DNA of 64,000 nt from Anaeramoeba ignava BMAN. Lineage: Eukaryota; Protista; Anaeramoebae. The stretch covers positions 1,178,001 through 1,242,000 of the forward strand of contig JAPDFW010000063.1 of assembly GCA_028826165.1 (NCBI GenBank). Direction: 5' to 3'. A program made the translations under genes and the position numbers. Numbering within the stretch: the first letter of the stretch is position 1; the number at the start of each line of letters is the position of its first letter. Shown in pieces: positions 37,901 through 50,811 of the stretch. The notes under the pieces are model-generated. The model saw nothing but the letters and a program-made list of their open reading frames with translations. It was not told the origin of the DNA and ran no database searches.

Positions 37901-40043
37901 ATATATTATAAAAATATATTTACAAGAAATATTCAAAAATATTATTATAAAAATATTATTATAAAAATTTATTTACAAGAAATATTATAGAAATATATTT
38001 AAAATATTATAAAAATTGAAAAAAAAATAAAAGGAATACAAAAAAGATATCGATGAACATAAAAATAAATACGATAAACTCTCAAAAGAATACGAAGAAA
38101 TGCTCAAAAAAAACAAAACAGGAATGAAAGATCTTGAAAAAAATCAATTGGCAAAAATCGAAGAACTCACAAAACAAAATCAAGCATTAGGAGAAGAAAA
38201 CAAAAAACTCAAAGAAGAAAATCAGAAACTAAAGAAATCACAAGAAGATTCAGAAAAAGATCAAGAAAAACAAAAAAAACTAGAAGAATATGAAAAAAAA
38301 CTTGAGAAAAAAAAGAACAAAGCAAAAAAATACAAAAACGAATCAAAGGAGAATAAAAACAAGCTTGAAAACAAAGAGAAAGAGAATGAAGAACTGCGAA
38401 AAGAGTTAGAAGCATTGAAATTGAATATGGAAAAAAAAGAGGAAAAAATAACGGACGAAAAAGAGGAAGAGAAGAAAACAGCGAAGGATCTATCGTCTTT
38501 ACCTGTGAAGGTATCAACAAGAGCAATCAGCCCAACGGAAGAGTTCATCATCAACTTTGTGAACGAGGCTTTCAAGAACGACCCAGACTTAGAGCATCTG
38601 ATACCAATTGGAAGGATGACAGCAGATCTTTTGGACGCTTCCAAGGATGGAGTGCTATTATGCAAGCTTGTCAATTACACAGCACCAGGGACAATTGACG
38701 AGCGAGTTATCAACTACAATGGTAATCGGGAGATGGTTAAAGAAAATTACACTCTGTGTTTGAGTTCTGCGCGGTCAATCGGTTGCGATGTGACGAATAT
38801 TAACGCAGAAAAATTGGCAGATCTCGAAGAATCAGAGGTCATCAACTTGGCTTGGCAAATAATGAAATCAGGCACAACAAATTACGTCAACTTGCACAGG
38901 CATCCTGAGCTCATGGAGCTTCATGAAGCAGGCGTTGTGAGCCAGAAGGATCTTGAAACTTTAACGCCTGAAGAAATTCTTCTTCGTTGGTTCAATTATC
39001 ATCTTGCAAAGGCGAACCACAAAAGAAAAGTGCAAAATTTCACAACGGATCTTGCAGACGGGGAGAACTTGACTGTTTTATTAAGTCAACTTAGTCCCGA
39101 ACACTGTGATTTGACGAAATTTTATGAGCTCAAAGCAATCGATCAGCGAGTGCGCTATGCCTGCGACTGTTCAAAGGCAATCAGCCCGCAGCTCAACATC
39201 TCACCCGATGTGCTGATGAAGGGTGAAATACCCGACCTTATTACATCCTATGTAGGAAACATATTTCATGTGAAGCCTGGTTTGCAGTCTTCGAAAACTT
39301 CCGAAATCAATCACGCCCTCGATTACCAAAGCTCGGGAACCCGTGAGGAGCGCGCGTTTAAGATCTGGATCAATTCTCTCGGAGTGGATCCTAAAGTCAA
39401 CAACCTCTATGAGGATCTTAAGGACGGTTTTATTCTTCTTCAAGTTCTTGACAAAATCGAACCCGGTTGTGTCGATTGGAAAAAAATCAACACAAAACCT
39501 TCCAACTTATACCAGACTATCGAGAACTGCAACTATGTTATCGAGTTAGGTCGCTCTCTCGGCTTCCAGCTAGTCTCCATCTCCGGAAGTGATATCGTCA
39601 AGGCAAACAAGATGCTTGTTTTGGGTTACATTTGGCAAGCAATGGAATTTCACATCAAAAACATTCTTAAGAAACTCAACGTGATACAAAGTGGGAGAAT
39701 CACTGATAAATCCATGACGACCTGGGCAAACAACAAGGTCAAGGAAGCTGGGAAAAGTTCCCAAATTTCTTCTCTTAAAGATCCCTCAATCAAAAACGCT
39801 ATTTTCTTTATCGATCTTATTTATGCAATTCGTCCTGAAGCTGTTAATTATAAATTCGTCAAGGCTGGTGATGATGAGGAGCAATGTATGGATAATGCTT
39901 TATATGCAATTACTCTTAGCAGAAAGCTTGGTGCTGATATCTTTGCCCTTCCTGAGGATATTGTGGAAGTTAAACCAAAGATGCTTTTGACTGTTCTTGG
40001 AGAATTGATGCGATTACATAAACTTTATCATAAAAAGAAATGA
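34913..40043 (+). CDS. Fimbrin/plastin-type actin bundler (4 CH domains) with a long N-terminal coiled coil; exons 34913-35294, 36830-37287, 37355-37789, 38034-40043
   Basis: DGVLLCKLVN..PGTIDERVIN, PEEILLRWFNYHL, GTREERAFKIWINSLGV, SRKLGADIFALPEDIVEVKPKM are fimbrin signatures. Confidence 0.88.
35450..36815. repeat. Intronic minisatellite, 19-nt unit AAATTAATAAATATTATTT
   Basis: Near-perfect tandem copies, e.g. 36240-36810. Confidence 0.9.
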
Positions 40044-40356
40044 TTTAAAATCAAAATTAAAATCAAAATCAAAATCAAAATCAAAAATCAAAATTAAAAT
40101 CAAAATCAAAATCAAAAATCAAAATCAAAATTAAAATCAAAATCAAAATCAAAATCAAAATCTAAAATCAAAAATCAAATCTTTTTGAAATCAAAATTAA
40201 AAAAATCAATGTCCACTTTTTGAATCTCTTTTTTGAATCTCTTTTTTGAATCTCTTTTTGAATCTCTTTTTTGAACTTCTTTTCAAAATCCCAAAATAAA
40301 AAAAATAATAAAAAATTTCTTTTTTCTTTCTTTTATTAATTTAATTTAATTTAAAT

Positions 40357-42144
40357 TTAATTTAAATATTTCTTTAAAAAATTACGAATCTCCTTCTTTT
40401 CAACAACAAATAAATTTGTATATTTAGAAATCAAATCATTCTTCATTTTCATAGAAACATTTGAATTATCAGCAATTAAAATAATATGACTTGAAAAATC
40501 ATCACGAAGAATAGGAACAAGATTCAAAATATTCTGAAAAGAACCAATAACAACAGAACAAAGTCCACTAACAAAAATATTGGAAATATTATCCTCAAAA
40601 CACTTGTATTTTTCAAGCAAATTGTCACTTCTTTGTTTTGTATACGAAACTTGATAAGTATGAAAAATCTCACTTTGAATACTTTCAACAACTTGATTCA
40701 ATTTGACAACTCGTATATTTTTATATGATTTGATCGAAATTCCTCGAAAAGGTTCAATCAAATAAACCATTCTTCCAATAAATTGTGTTGGAGTTAATAA
40801 TTTGGAAACATCCGAAAATTCGGAAAAAAAATCAAAAGAAACATTTGTTGAGTAATTCATTGACAAAAGAACGATTTTGAGGAGCAAATGTGAAGCAAGT
40901 AAGTTATTGATTTGATTTTGATTCGAAATATGATTTCTAAGCATTTCCAAGTACTGTATTATGCTTGTAGAAAACGAAACTGGCGCCAGTAAAAGGAATA
41001 TCAAAATCAGAATCCAAAACATGTAAATTTTCAGTAGGTTTTTTTTCAGCAACAAAATTCTCAAACCGCTGCGGTGGAACCTCTCCTCCTACACACAAAC
41101 GTGAGAAATCAAGCTTGGAAATGAGCATGATTTTCTTGATGATTTGCCCACTTATAATTCCTTTTGTATCTCTTGCTTCAATTATCAATGAATTCAAGTG
41201 TGTTGACATTTGGTTATAAACGTTAGACTCAATTTTCATCATGTTTAAGCAGCAGAAGTATTGGATGATTCTCGGGTTTTCTGTTGTCCAAACATGCGAG
41301 AATTTGTTTTTTTTGATCAAAACTTCGCAAATGGAAATTTCAAGCAAATTTTCGTGGAAAAATTTTTCTGGAAAATAAATCAAGATTGGGAAATAATATG
41401 ATTTTTCTTTGCGTAAATCATTCAGAATCACAACAGAGTCAAAAGGCGCATTTGTAGAGATTACAACGCGTATTTTACCGTGGGATTTGATGTAGGAATC
41501 CTCCACAAGATCGAGAACTTCCTTTTGATTATGATCCGATTCAATTTCAATAAAATTTGTATTTTGAATATTTTTTGGATTTTTTGTGAATATTTCTTCC
41601 TCCTTCCAATTTAGATTTGAATCATGTATCCAAATCACTGATATTGTGTTGTGATGAGTGATATTTGTTGAGAAAAAGGTTTTTTCTCTTGCAATTTCAA
41701 TCATTTGAAGAAGATTCATTTGCAATCCTGATTTCAAAATCAATCCAAGAAATTCAACATTAAGTATTGGATCATTAAATTTCGATAAACGAAGTTGAAT
41801 CAACCAATCGTGAATGTTTTGAATATCAATCTCTTGTCTTTCAATTAATCTTATATTGATTGGATTAAAGAGAATGTCTTTAAGTGTTTCTAGTTTTTCA
41901 ATTAAATATTCTGTTGGATATAATTCAATGTTGAGTTGTATAATTTTATAGAGAGAAATTATTAAAGAATCATTTGGTGATTGAATTGGTTCTTGTGTTT
42001 TCTTATTTTTGAAAAATTTTTTAAATTTTATTTTTTAAATTTAAATTTTTTAATTATTTTTTTTACTGAATTATTTTTTGGAATTGTTTCAAATCTTGTT
42101 GTAAATTTCTTCCATTTTGTTATTGATTGTTGATATCTTTCCAT
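40357..42144 (-). CDS. Hypothetical protein (one short intron; frameshift near 41040 in a homopolymer run)
   Basis: ATG at 42144; ORFs 40937-41803 and 40357-41064 overlap and probably join at the A run ~41039-41046. No recognisable domain. Confidence 0.55.
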
Positions 42145-42358
42145 TTTATTTTTTTTATTATTTAAATTAAAAAGAAATTAAAAAGAAATTAAAGAGAAAT
42201 TAAAAAGAAATTAAAAAGAAATAAAAATGAAAAAAATGAAAAAAATTAAAATGAAAATTAAAATGAAAATGAATTTGAATTTAAATGAAAAAAAATGAGA
42301 TGAAAAAAAAATCAAATCAAATCAAAAAAATTCCAAAAAAATTCCAAAAAAAAAAAAA

Positions 42359-45300
42359 TCATTTTTTAGTCTCAAGAATTTCAGTTGTTCCATTACTTAA
42401 AAGTTGAACTTGATCTTGAACTCTTCTTGCAGTTGTTAAAGCATGAACCCATTCCTTCATTTCCTCTTCAGAAGAAGCAGCCAAATAATAATCAATTTCA
42501 TTAACACGAATTTGGAAAACATGTTTTCTTTTGAGATCTTTATCAGCATTTTTATAAACTCGAATTTCCGAAACAAGAAACATTTCATCAGGTTTATTCA
42601 AAGAATCGGGAGTTTTAAAAGAGGAAAGAACGTTATCTCTCAACATGAACCACTTGCGTTTCCATTTTGTTTTTTTGAAAAGGGTTGTTTGGAAATGATA
42701 AAGCCAACCGTCTTTTTGATCTCTTTTCATAAGTTCTCTTAGTTTTGCCAGTTCAAGTTTTTTTCTTGATTCTGCTGTTGTTAAAGCTTCTACATTTTCC
42801 TTTGTTAATCTTTCTGCTTCTTGTTTTGAACGGTTTTCAATTTCCGTTAATCTTTGTACTAATTGTCCTTTTTCTCCTTCTGATTTTCCCAGTTCGCTTT
42901 TTATTTCTTGGATTTCTCGAACTGATGTTTGGATTTGTTTTTCTAATTCTTCTCGATGTTTTTGATTCAGTAAGTCAATCTCATCCTCTTTGTTTTTTTG
43001 ATATTCTTCGTATTCTGTTTCTAATGTGTCTTTTTCTTCCACTAAGTTCTCTAATGCTTCTGTTAGTGAATCTACTTCTGTTTGTAATTCCGTGTTTTCT
43101 TGTGTTAAAAATGCTATTTTCTCTTGAAGTTCTTCGATTAGTTGATTTTTTTCTTCGTCGAGTTCTTTTTGTTTTGTTTCTTGGAATAATTCATTTGAGA
43201 TTTCCATATTAAGTGTGTTGTCACCCTAATTAAAAAATTTTAAATTTTTATTTAATTTTTATTTCATTTTGAATTAATTTTCATTTTTATTTAATTTTTA
43301 TTTAATTTTAATTTTTATTTAATTTTTATTTAATTTTAATTTTAGTTTTGAATTAATTTTAATTTTGAATTAATTTTTGTTTTTATTTAATTTTAATTTT
43401 GAATTTTTAATTTTGAATTAATTTTAATTTTGATTTTGAATATTTTTTTATTTTCATTTTGAATTAATTTTGAATTAATTTTGAATTAATTTTGATTTTG
43501 AATTAATTTTAATTTTGAATTAATTTTGAATTAATTTTTATTTAATTTTCATGTAATTTTTGTTTTGAATTAATTTTTACAGATTGTAATTCGGTTGTCG
43601 AAATTAAATTATTAATCCCAAGAAACTCAGAAATTTGACTTAATCCATCAATCCTTTTTTGTTTTTTACCTGCAAGAAACTCTTCTTTCTTTTTCAAAAA
43701 TTCATTCCGTTCAGAATCACTCAAATTTTCCAAATTTTGGTTAAGATCAAAATCAGGCTTGTCTGGATCATTAACTAAATTGATTGTAAAATCTATTTTT
43801 TCCTGAACAGAATCAAGTTGCTTCTCAAGTTCCTTTGCTCTCTGTTGATATTCTTCAATTTCCTCTTTTGTCAACTTGAGTTCTTCTGGGATTTTTTTTG
43901 GATCTAATTCTTGTAATTTAATTCTTGCTTTAATTTTTTCAATTTCATATTTGATTCTTTCTTTCTTCTTTCCCAAAATGCCGACAAAAGCCGCAGCATA
44001 CCCAACTCCATCAGAAAGATCTTCATAGCTTTGCAACTTGCGATTGATTCCCTGCTTCTGAAGATGATAGTTCATCCATTCAAGTGCATTTTCGTGTTCA
44101 AATTCCTTTTCCAAATCGTCTTTTTCAATTTTATTATCTTCATTTTGATCGTTTTCTGTATCGCCTGATTTTTCCGTTTGACTCTCTTTTTGATCTTCTT
44201 CAATGCTCTGAGAAGAATCTGGAGAAAATTGATGTTTTTTCTTTTGACGAAGTTTCTTTTTCTGTTCCAATAACTTCAATCTTTCTTTTTGCTTTTTTTG
44301 AACTTCTTGTTGTTTTTTTTGTAATTCCTTTCTTTTCTTTTGAACTTCAATGTTGTTTTCAATCCGATTTTTTGCGCTTTGAGCTCGTGTTTCTGAAACT
44401 TTTTTGATTCGTTCTTCCAACTGAACTAATCTTTCACTTAATTCAATGTTACTTTTAATTAAAGATGCTAATCTTTGATTATCAAATGTTCTTTTCATTA
44501 AAGAAGTTGAGAATAAAATGTTGATTTCTTGATCTCCCTTTGCAATATCAGTAGGATCAATAAAAGGTGCAATGTTCAAGTAATTGGAAATTTCAACAAT
44601 CAATCCTGCGTTTTGTTTCCGTTGTTGTGGTTCGATTGTTGTTTTTTCTTTACTTAAACTTAAAATGGTCGAGATTTTTTCTTTTAGTTTTTCCATTTCT
44701 TCAATTTTTTCTTCCATTTCTTGTATTAGTACTAATTGCTTTTCTGATTCATCTTCTTTTTGTTTCTCTGTTTCTTGATTTCCTGTTAATTCTTGTTGAT
44801 CAGCTTCTTCTCTTTCTTTGATCATTTTTTGTTCGATCATATCTTTTTGTATTTGTAAATATTCTGTTTCTTTTGAAAGGATATCTGAAAGAATAAAAGC
44901 ATAAATTTTTCCATCCTAAATGAAAAGAAAAGAAATTTGTTTTTTTTTTTGATTTGATTTCATGTAAATGAAATTTTTTTTTAATTGTTTTTTTTTTTTT
45001 TTCGATTTTTAACCTTTAAATCACTAATTTCTTTTATTGAATCAAATCCTCTTTTTTCCGATTGAGAATTTATCCATTGAATAACTGATTTAACAGGATC
45101 AATTTTCTCACCATCTCTTCGAATAAATGAAAAGTCAAATTCGTTTTCATCAATTAAAGAATTTTGCATCAATTTTCTTTGTTCTTGAGGTAAATTCTCC
45201 ATTTCTTGAGGATTTAATAATTTATTCAGGGAAAACATTTTGGTTGGTAATATTTTTTTGGGAGTAAAAGGTAAGGACTTCTTAAAAGAGCTCATTAGAT

Positions 45301-48300
45301 TTTCAACTAAATTTCTTGAATGATCCAGAACACCAGTTTTTAATTTTTCGATATTTTTTTTCATTTTCATTTCTTCCAATAATTTTGATTGAGAGCGAAG
45401 AAATTTAGATTCTTCCATAACTTGCTTAAAAAGAGATCCAATAAAAGAAGCGTTTAGTTCTGAACTTCCCTGAGTAATATCTTCAGGTTTGATGAAGCAT
45501 TTTGATCCCATAAATTGTTCTGCAATTTCAATCACCAATTTTGCTCTTTCAAGTTGGTTTGTTGTTTTTAAAATGGTGTCATTTTTTTGGATTAATTCTC
45601 GGATTTTTTGTTTTTTATTCTCCATTAATTTAATGAGTGATGGAACTGATTCAATTTCTTTTTTCTTTTCTAATTTTGTGATAAAATTGCTATATTGTTT
45701 TTCTTGTTCTTGAAATATTGATTTAAAAAGTACAACATAAGCTTCAGAATCCTAAAAGAAAAAAAAATTTTAAAAAAAATTCAAAAGATTTGAAATTGAA
45801 AATTAAAAAAATTACTTTAATATCTTCACTAGTATTAGTTAAAATTCTTTTATTTCCTGCTTTTTCAAATGAATTATTGATCCATCTTAATAAAACATCA
45901 ATAGGATCTTGTTCTGAAATTGAAAATTGTTTTTGGTTTTCATTTTCATTTTCTCCAAGTAATGCAAATCTTATAGAAGGTGGAATAAATTCACTTTTTA
46001 ATTCTTCGAAAGTTTTAAATCCAGTTTCAGTTGTAACATGTGATAAAAATCCTGAATGAAGTTTTCTAACCTAAAATTATTTAATAAAATTTTAATAAAA
46101 TTATTTAATAAAATTTTAATAAAATTATTTAATAAAATTTTAATAAAATTTTTTGAATTAAAATTATTTAATAAAATTTTTTGAATTAAAATTATTTGAA
46201 TTAAAATTTTTTGAATTAAAATTATTTGAATTAAAATTTTTTAAATTAAAATTATTTGAATTAAAATTATTTGAATTAAAATTTTTTGAATTAAAATTTT
46301 TTGAATTAAAATTTTTTTACTCTTTGTTGTAACATTGCAACTTCCTTTTTTAATTTTTCAATTTCTTGTTTAGATGGATCTGGAACAGTTCGATCACTTG
46401 CTTTATTGAAAAGTGTTGCTGAAAATGCTAAACCAAGTCTTGGATTTGCCTTTTGATTTTAAATCAAAAAAAAGTGGAATAAAAAATTAATTTTATAAGA
46501 ATTATATTTAAAAAAAAAATAAAAAGAATAATTACTTCTGTGATATCATTTGCATTGACAAAATCATTACAATTCAACATTTCTGCAACTTTCTCAATTA
46601 CTTCAGCTCTTTTTTTATGATCAGGATTAGCAAGTGCTTCTTCAATCATTATTTTTGCCTAAGAAAATATTTAATTTAATTTAATTTAATTTAATAAATT
46701 ATATATAAATTTAATTTAATAAATTATATTGATTTAATTTAATAAATTATAAATTATTTATTGATTTAATTTAATAAATTATAAATTATTTATTGATTTA
46801 ATTTAATAAATTATTTATTTAATTTAATTTAATAAATTATTGATTTAATTTAATTTAATAAATTATTTTACTTGATCTAATTCCCATAATCGATTTTTAA
46901 TCATTTCAATTCTTTCTCGATTTTCTTCATTATCTTCAAGACTTTCTAATTCGGCAAGAAGTGAATCTCTTCCTTCTGTTAAAATTTGTCTTAAGATAAC
47001 AAGATAACCTTCACCATCCTAAAAACAATTAATATAAAAATTAATTGAATTTTGAATTTTGAATTTTGAATTTATATAATAATAAAATATATTGATACAG
47101 CAAGATCTTCCCCAAAATTTTTAACTTTTCTTTTTGATCCTGCTTTTTCTAAATAATGATTAAACCATCTAAGAAGAATTTGATCTGGTGGTGTTTCTTT
47201 TGCATCAGTTCCTAAACTTGTTTGCAAATCTTGTTGCTCTGCTAATTTCATTTTAACTCTTGCTAACAAACTGAATTTAATAATTTGCCACACTAATCCA
47301 AGTGTTAATGTAACCTATTTTTTTAATGTTGAATTTTGAATTTAATTTTGATTTAATTTTGATTTAATTTTGATTTAATTTTGATTTAATTTTTGATTTA
47401 ATTTTGATTTAATTTTGATTTAATTTTGCTTTAATTTTGATTTAATTTTTGATTTAATTTTGATTTATTTTTGCTTTAATTTTGATTTATTTTTGATTTA
47501 TTTTTGCTTTAATTTTGATTTAATTTTGATTTATTTTTGATTTAATTTTGATTTATTTTTGCTTTAATTTTGATTTAATTTTGATTTAATTTTGATTTAA
47601 ATTTGATTTAAATTTGATTTAATTTTGATTTAATTTAGATTTATTTTTGATTTAATTTTGATTTAATTTTAATTTGATTTTGCTTTAATTTTGATTTATT
47701 TTTGATTTAATTTTGATTTAATTTTGATTTATTTTAGATTTATTTTTGATTTAATTTTGATTTAATTTAGATTTATTTTTGATTTAATTTTGATTTAATT
47801 TAGATTTATTTTTGCTTTATTTTTGATTTAATTTTGATTTATTTTTGATTTAATTTTGATTTAATTTTGATTTAATTTTTAATTTTTGATTTAATTTTGA
47901 TTTAATTTTGATTTAATTTTAATTTAATTTTGATTTAATTTTGATTTAATTTTGATTTAATTTTGATTTAATTTTGATTTAATTTTGATTTAATTTTGAT
48001 TTAATTTTGATTTAATTTTGATTTAATTTTAATTTAATTTTGATTTAATTTTGATTTAATTTTGATTTAATTTTGATTTAATTTAGATTTATTTTTGATT
48101 TAATTTTGATTTATTTTTGATTTAATTTTGATTTATTTTTAATTTAATTTTAATTTAATTTTGATTTAATTTTGATTTAATTTTGATTTAATTTTGATTT
48201 AATTTTGATTTAATTTTGATTTAATTTTGATTTAATTTTGATTTATTTTTGATATAATTTTGATTTAATTTTGATTTATTTTTGATTTAATTTAGATTTA

Positions 48301-50030
48301 TTTTTGCTTTATTTTTGATTTAATTTTGCTTTAATTTTGATTTAATTTTGATTTAATTTTGATTTAATTTTGATTTAATTTTGATTTATTTTTGATTTAT
48401 TTTTGCTTTAATTTTGATTTTGATTTTGATTTAATTTTGATTTAATTTTGATTTAATTTTTGAGTTTAATTTTGATATAATTTTGATTTATTTTTGCTTT
48501 ATTTTTGATTTAATTTTGATTTATTTTTGATTTAATTTTGATTTAATTTTGATTTAATTTTGATTTAATTTTGATTTAATTTTGATTTAATTTTGATTTA
48601 ATTTTGATTTAATTTTGATTTATTTTTGATTTAATTTTGATTTAATTTTGATTTATTTTTGATTTAATTTAGATTTATTTTTGCTTTATTTTTGATTTAA
48701 TTTTGCTTTAATTTTGATTTAATTTTGATTTAATTTTGATTTATTTTTGATTTATTTTTGCTTTAATTTTGATTTAATTTTGATTTATTTTTGATTTAAT
48801 TTTGAATTAATTTTGATTTAATTTTGATTTAATTTTGATTTAATTTTGATTTAATTTTGATTTAATTTTGCTTTAATTTTGCTTTAATTTTGATTTATTT
48901 TTGATTTAATTTTGATTTAATTTTGATTTATTTTTAATTTATTTTTAATTTAATTTAGATTTATTTTTGATTTAAATTTGATTTAATTTTGATTTTAAGT
49001 TTTCATTTAATCAGTTAATGAAAAAAATGAGAAAATAAATTGAGGAAGTGAAAAAAGGAAGGAAAAGCAAAAAAATAATAAATACTTTTTTATCAGTAAT
49101 ATCTTTACCACCAATCCCAACAACAGTACAACCTATTGCTTTAGCTCCTTTGATACAAACTTCATTATTAATATTTTTCTCAAACATACTTTTCTTTTTT
49201 TTAAAAACAATTTTCCTTTCATCAACAACACCAGGAAAATAATTAAGGATTAATTTACTAAAGGAGAGCAAAAAATATAAAAAAAATAAAATTAATAAAA
49301 ATGAGGAAAAAAGAATTTTAATTTTATAAATGAATTTTAATTTTAATTTTAATTTTAATTTTAATTTTAATTTTAATTTTAATTTTAATTTTAATTTTAA
49401 TTTTAATTTTAATTTTAATTTTAATTTTAATTTTAATTTTAATTTTAATTTTAATTTTAATTTTAATTTTAATTTTAATTTTAATTTTAATTTTCATTTT
49501 AGTTTTAATTTTAATTTTAATTTTAATTTTAATTTGATTTCTAAAATGAATTTTAATTTTATAAATGAATTTTAATTTTAATTTTAATTTTAATTTTAAT
49601 TTTAATTTTAATTTCTAAAATGAATTTTAATTTTAATTTAATTTTAATTTTATAAATGAATTTTAATTTTAATTTTAATTTTAATTTTAATTTTAGTTTT
49701 AATTTTAATTTTAATTTCTAAAATGAATTTTAATTTTAATTTTAATTTAAATTTTAATTTAATTTTAATTTTGATTTCTAAAATGAATTTTAATTTTAAT
49801 TTTAATTTCTAAAATGAATTTTAATTTTAAATATAATTTTAATTTTAATTTAATTTCTAAAATGAATTTTAATTATTTTACTTAAGTAAAACTCCTTCAG
49901 CAATAACATCAAAAATTTCCATTGTATCTGGGTTAATTGGTAAAGAATCCCCAACATGTGGATCTTCTTTCAAGGTTTTATTAATAAAATCAACGTATCG
50001 ATTTCTTTCTCTGTCAGTTATTTTCGACAT
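42359..50030 (-). CDS. Multi-CH-domain (fimbrin-like) + coiled-coil + C-terminal PH domain protein, many exons
   Basis: ATG 50030 MSKITDRERNRYVDFINKTLKEDPHV..EGVLL; PGVVDERKI..GAKAIGCTVVGIG; PDQILLRWFNHYLEKAGSKRKVKNF; further degenerate CH repeats; PH KDGWLYHF..WKRKWFML..YYLAASSEEEMKEWVHAL. Confidence 0.78.
47340..48990. repeat. 1.6-kb intronic minisatellite, 11-nt unit TTTGATTTAAT
   Basis: Direct tandem periodicity with point variants. Confidence 0.9.
49320..49875. repeat. Intronic (AATTTT)n microsatellite
   Basis: Perfect hexamer run 49335-49490. Confidence 0.9.
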
Positions 50031-50285
50031 TTAAAAAAAAAGTTTTTTTTTTTTTGTTTTTTTTGGAAAAGAAAAAGAAAATGGAAAAAGAAATAAAAAT
50101 GCAAATTAAAAATTGCAAATTAAAAATTCAATTTAAAAAAGAAAAAAAGAAAAAAGAATGTAAAAAAAAAAATGAAAAAAAAATTTGTATTTTTTGTTTT
50201 TTAAATTATAATTTTTATTTATTAATTTTTTATTATTAATTTTTAATTAGGGAGTTTTTTTTTTTGCTTTTTTTTTTTTAATTAA

Positions 50286-50323
<38 letters not shown>

Positions 50324-50811
50324 TTTTATTGGCCTTTGTTTAAATTTTTCGTTCATTTTTATTGGTTAAATGTAAAATAAAATTAATTCATTTAAATCCA
50401 ATTATTTTTAATTTATAATTTTAAATTAAAAATAAATCAGGCCAAAATTAATTAAAAACAGATGTTTATTTACATGAATAACAAATAATTTATTCAAGTT
50501 CGTCTAACATCTGAAATTTATAAATTAAAAAATTAAAAATTTAAAAAGAAATTTATAATTAAAAAATTGATAAAAAAATTTTATTTTGTTTTTGTTTTTG
50601 TTTTTGTTTTTGCTTTTTGTTTTGTTTATAAATGACTCAGTTAATGTGAATTTTCAACAAAAATTAATTCTGTCCGCCCGTTCACATTTAAATCATCATT
50701 GCCGTTTTTACAAAACAAATTTTATTTTTTTTTTATTTTTTAATAAAAGAAAAAAATGAAAATTAAAATTTTAAAAAAATAAATTTTTTTTTTTCATTTT
50801 TTTTTGCATTT

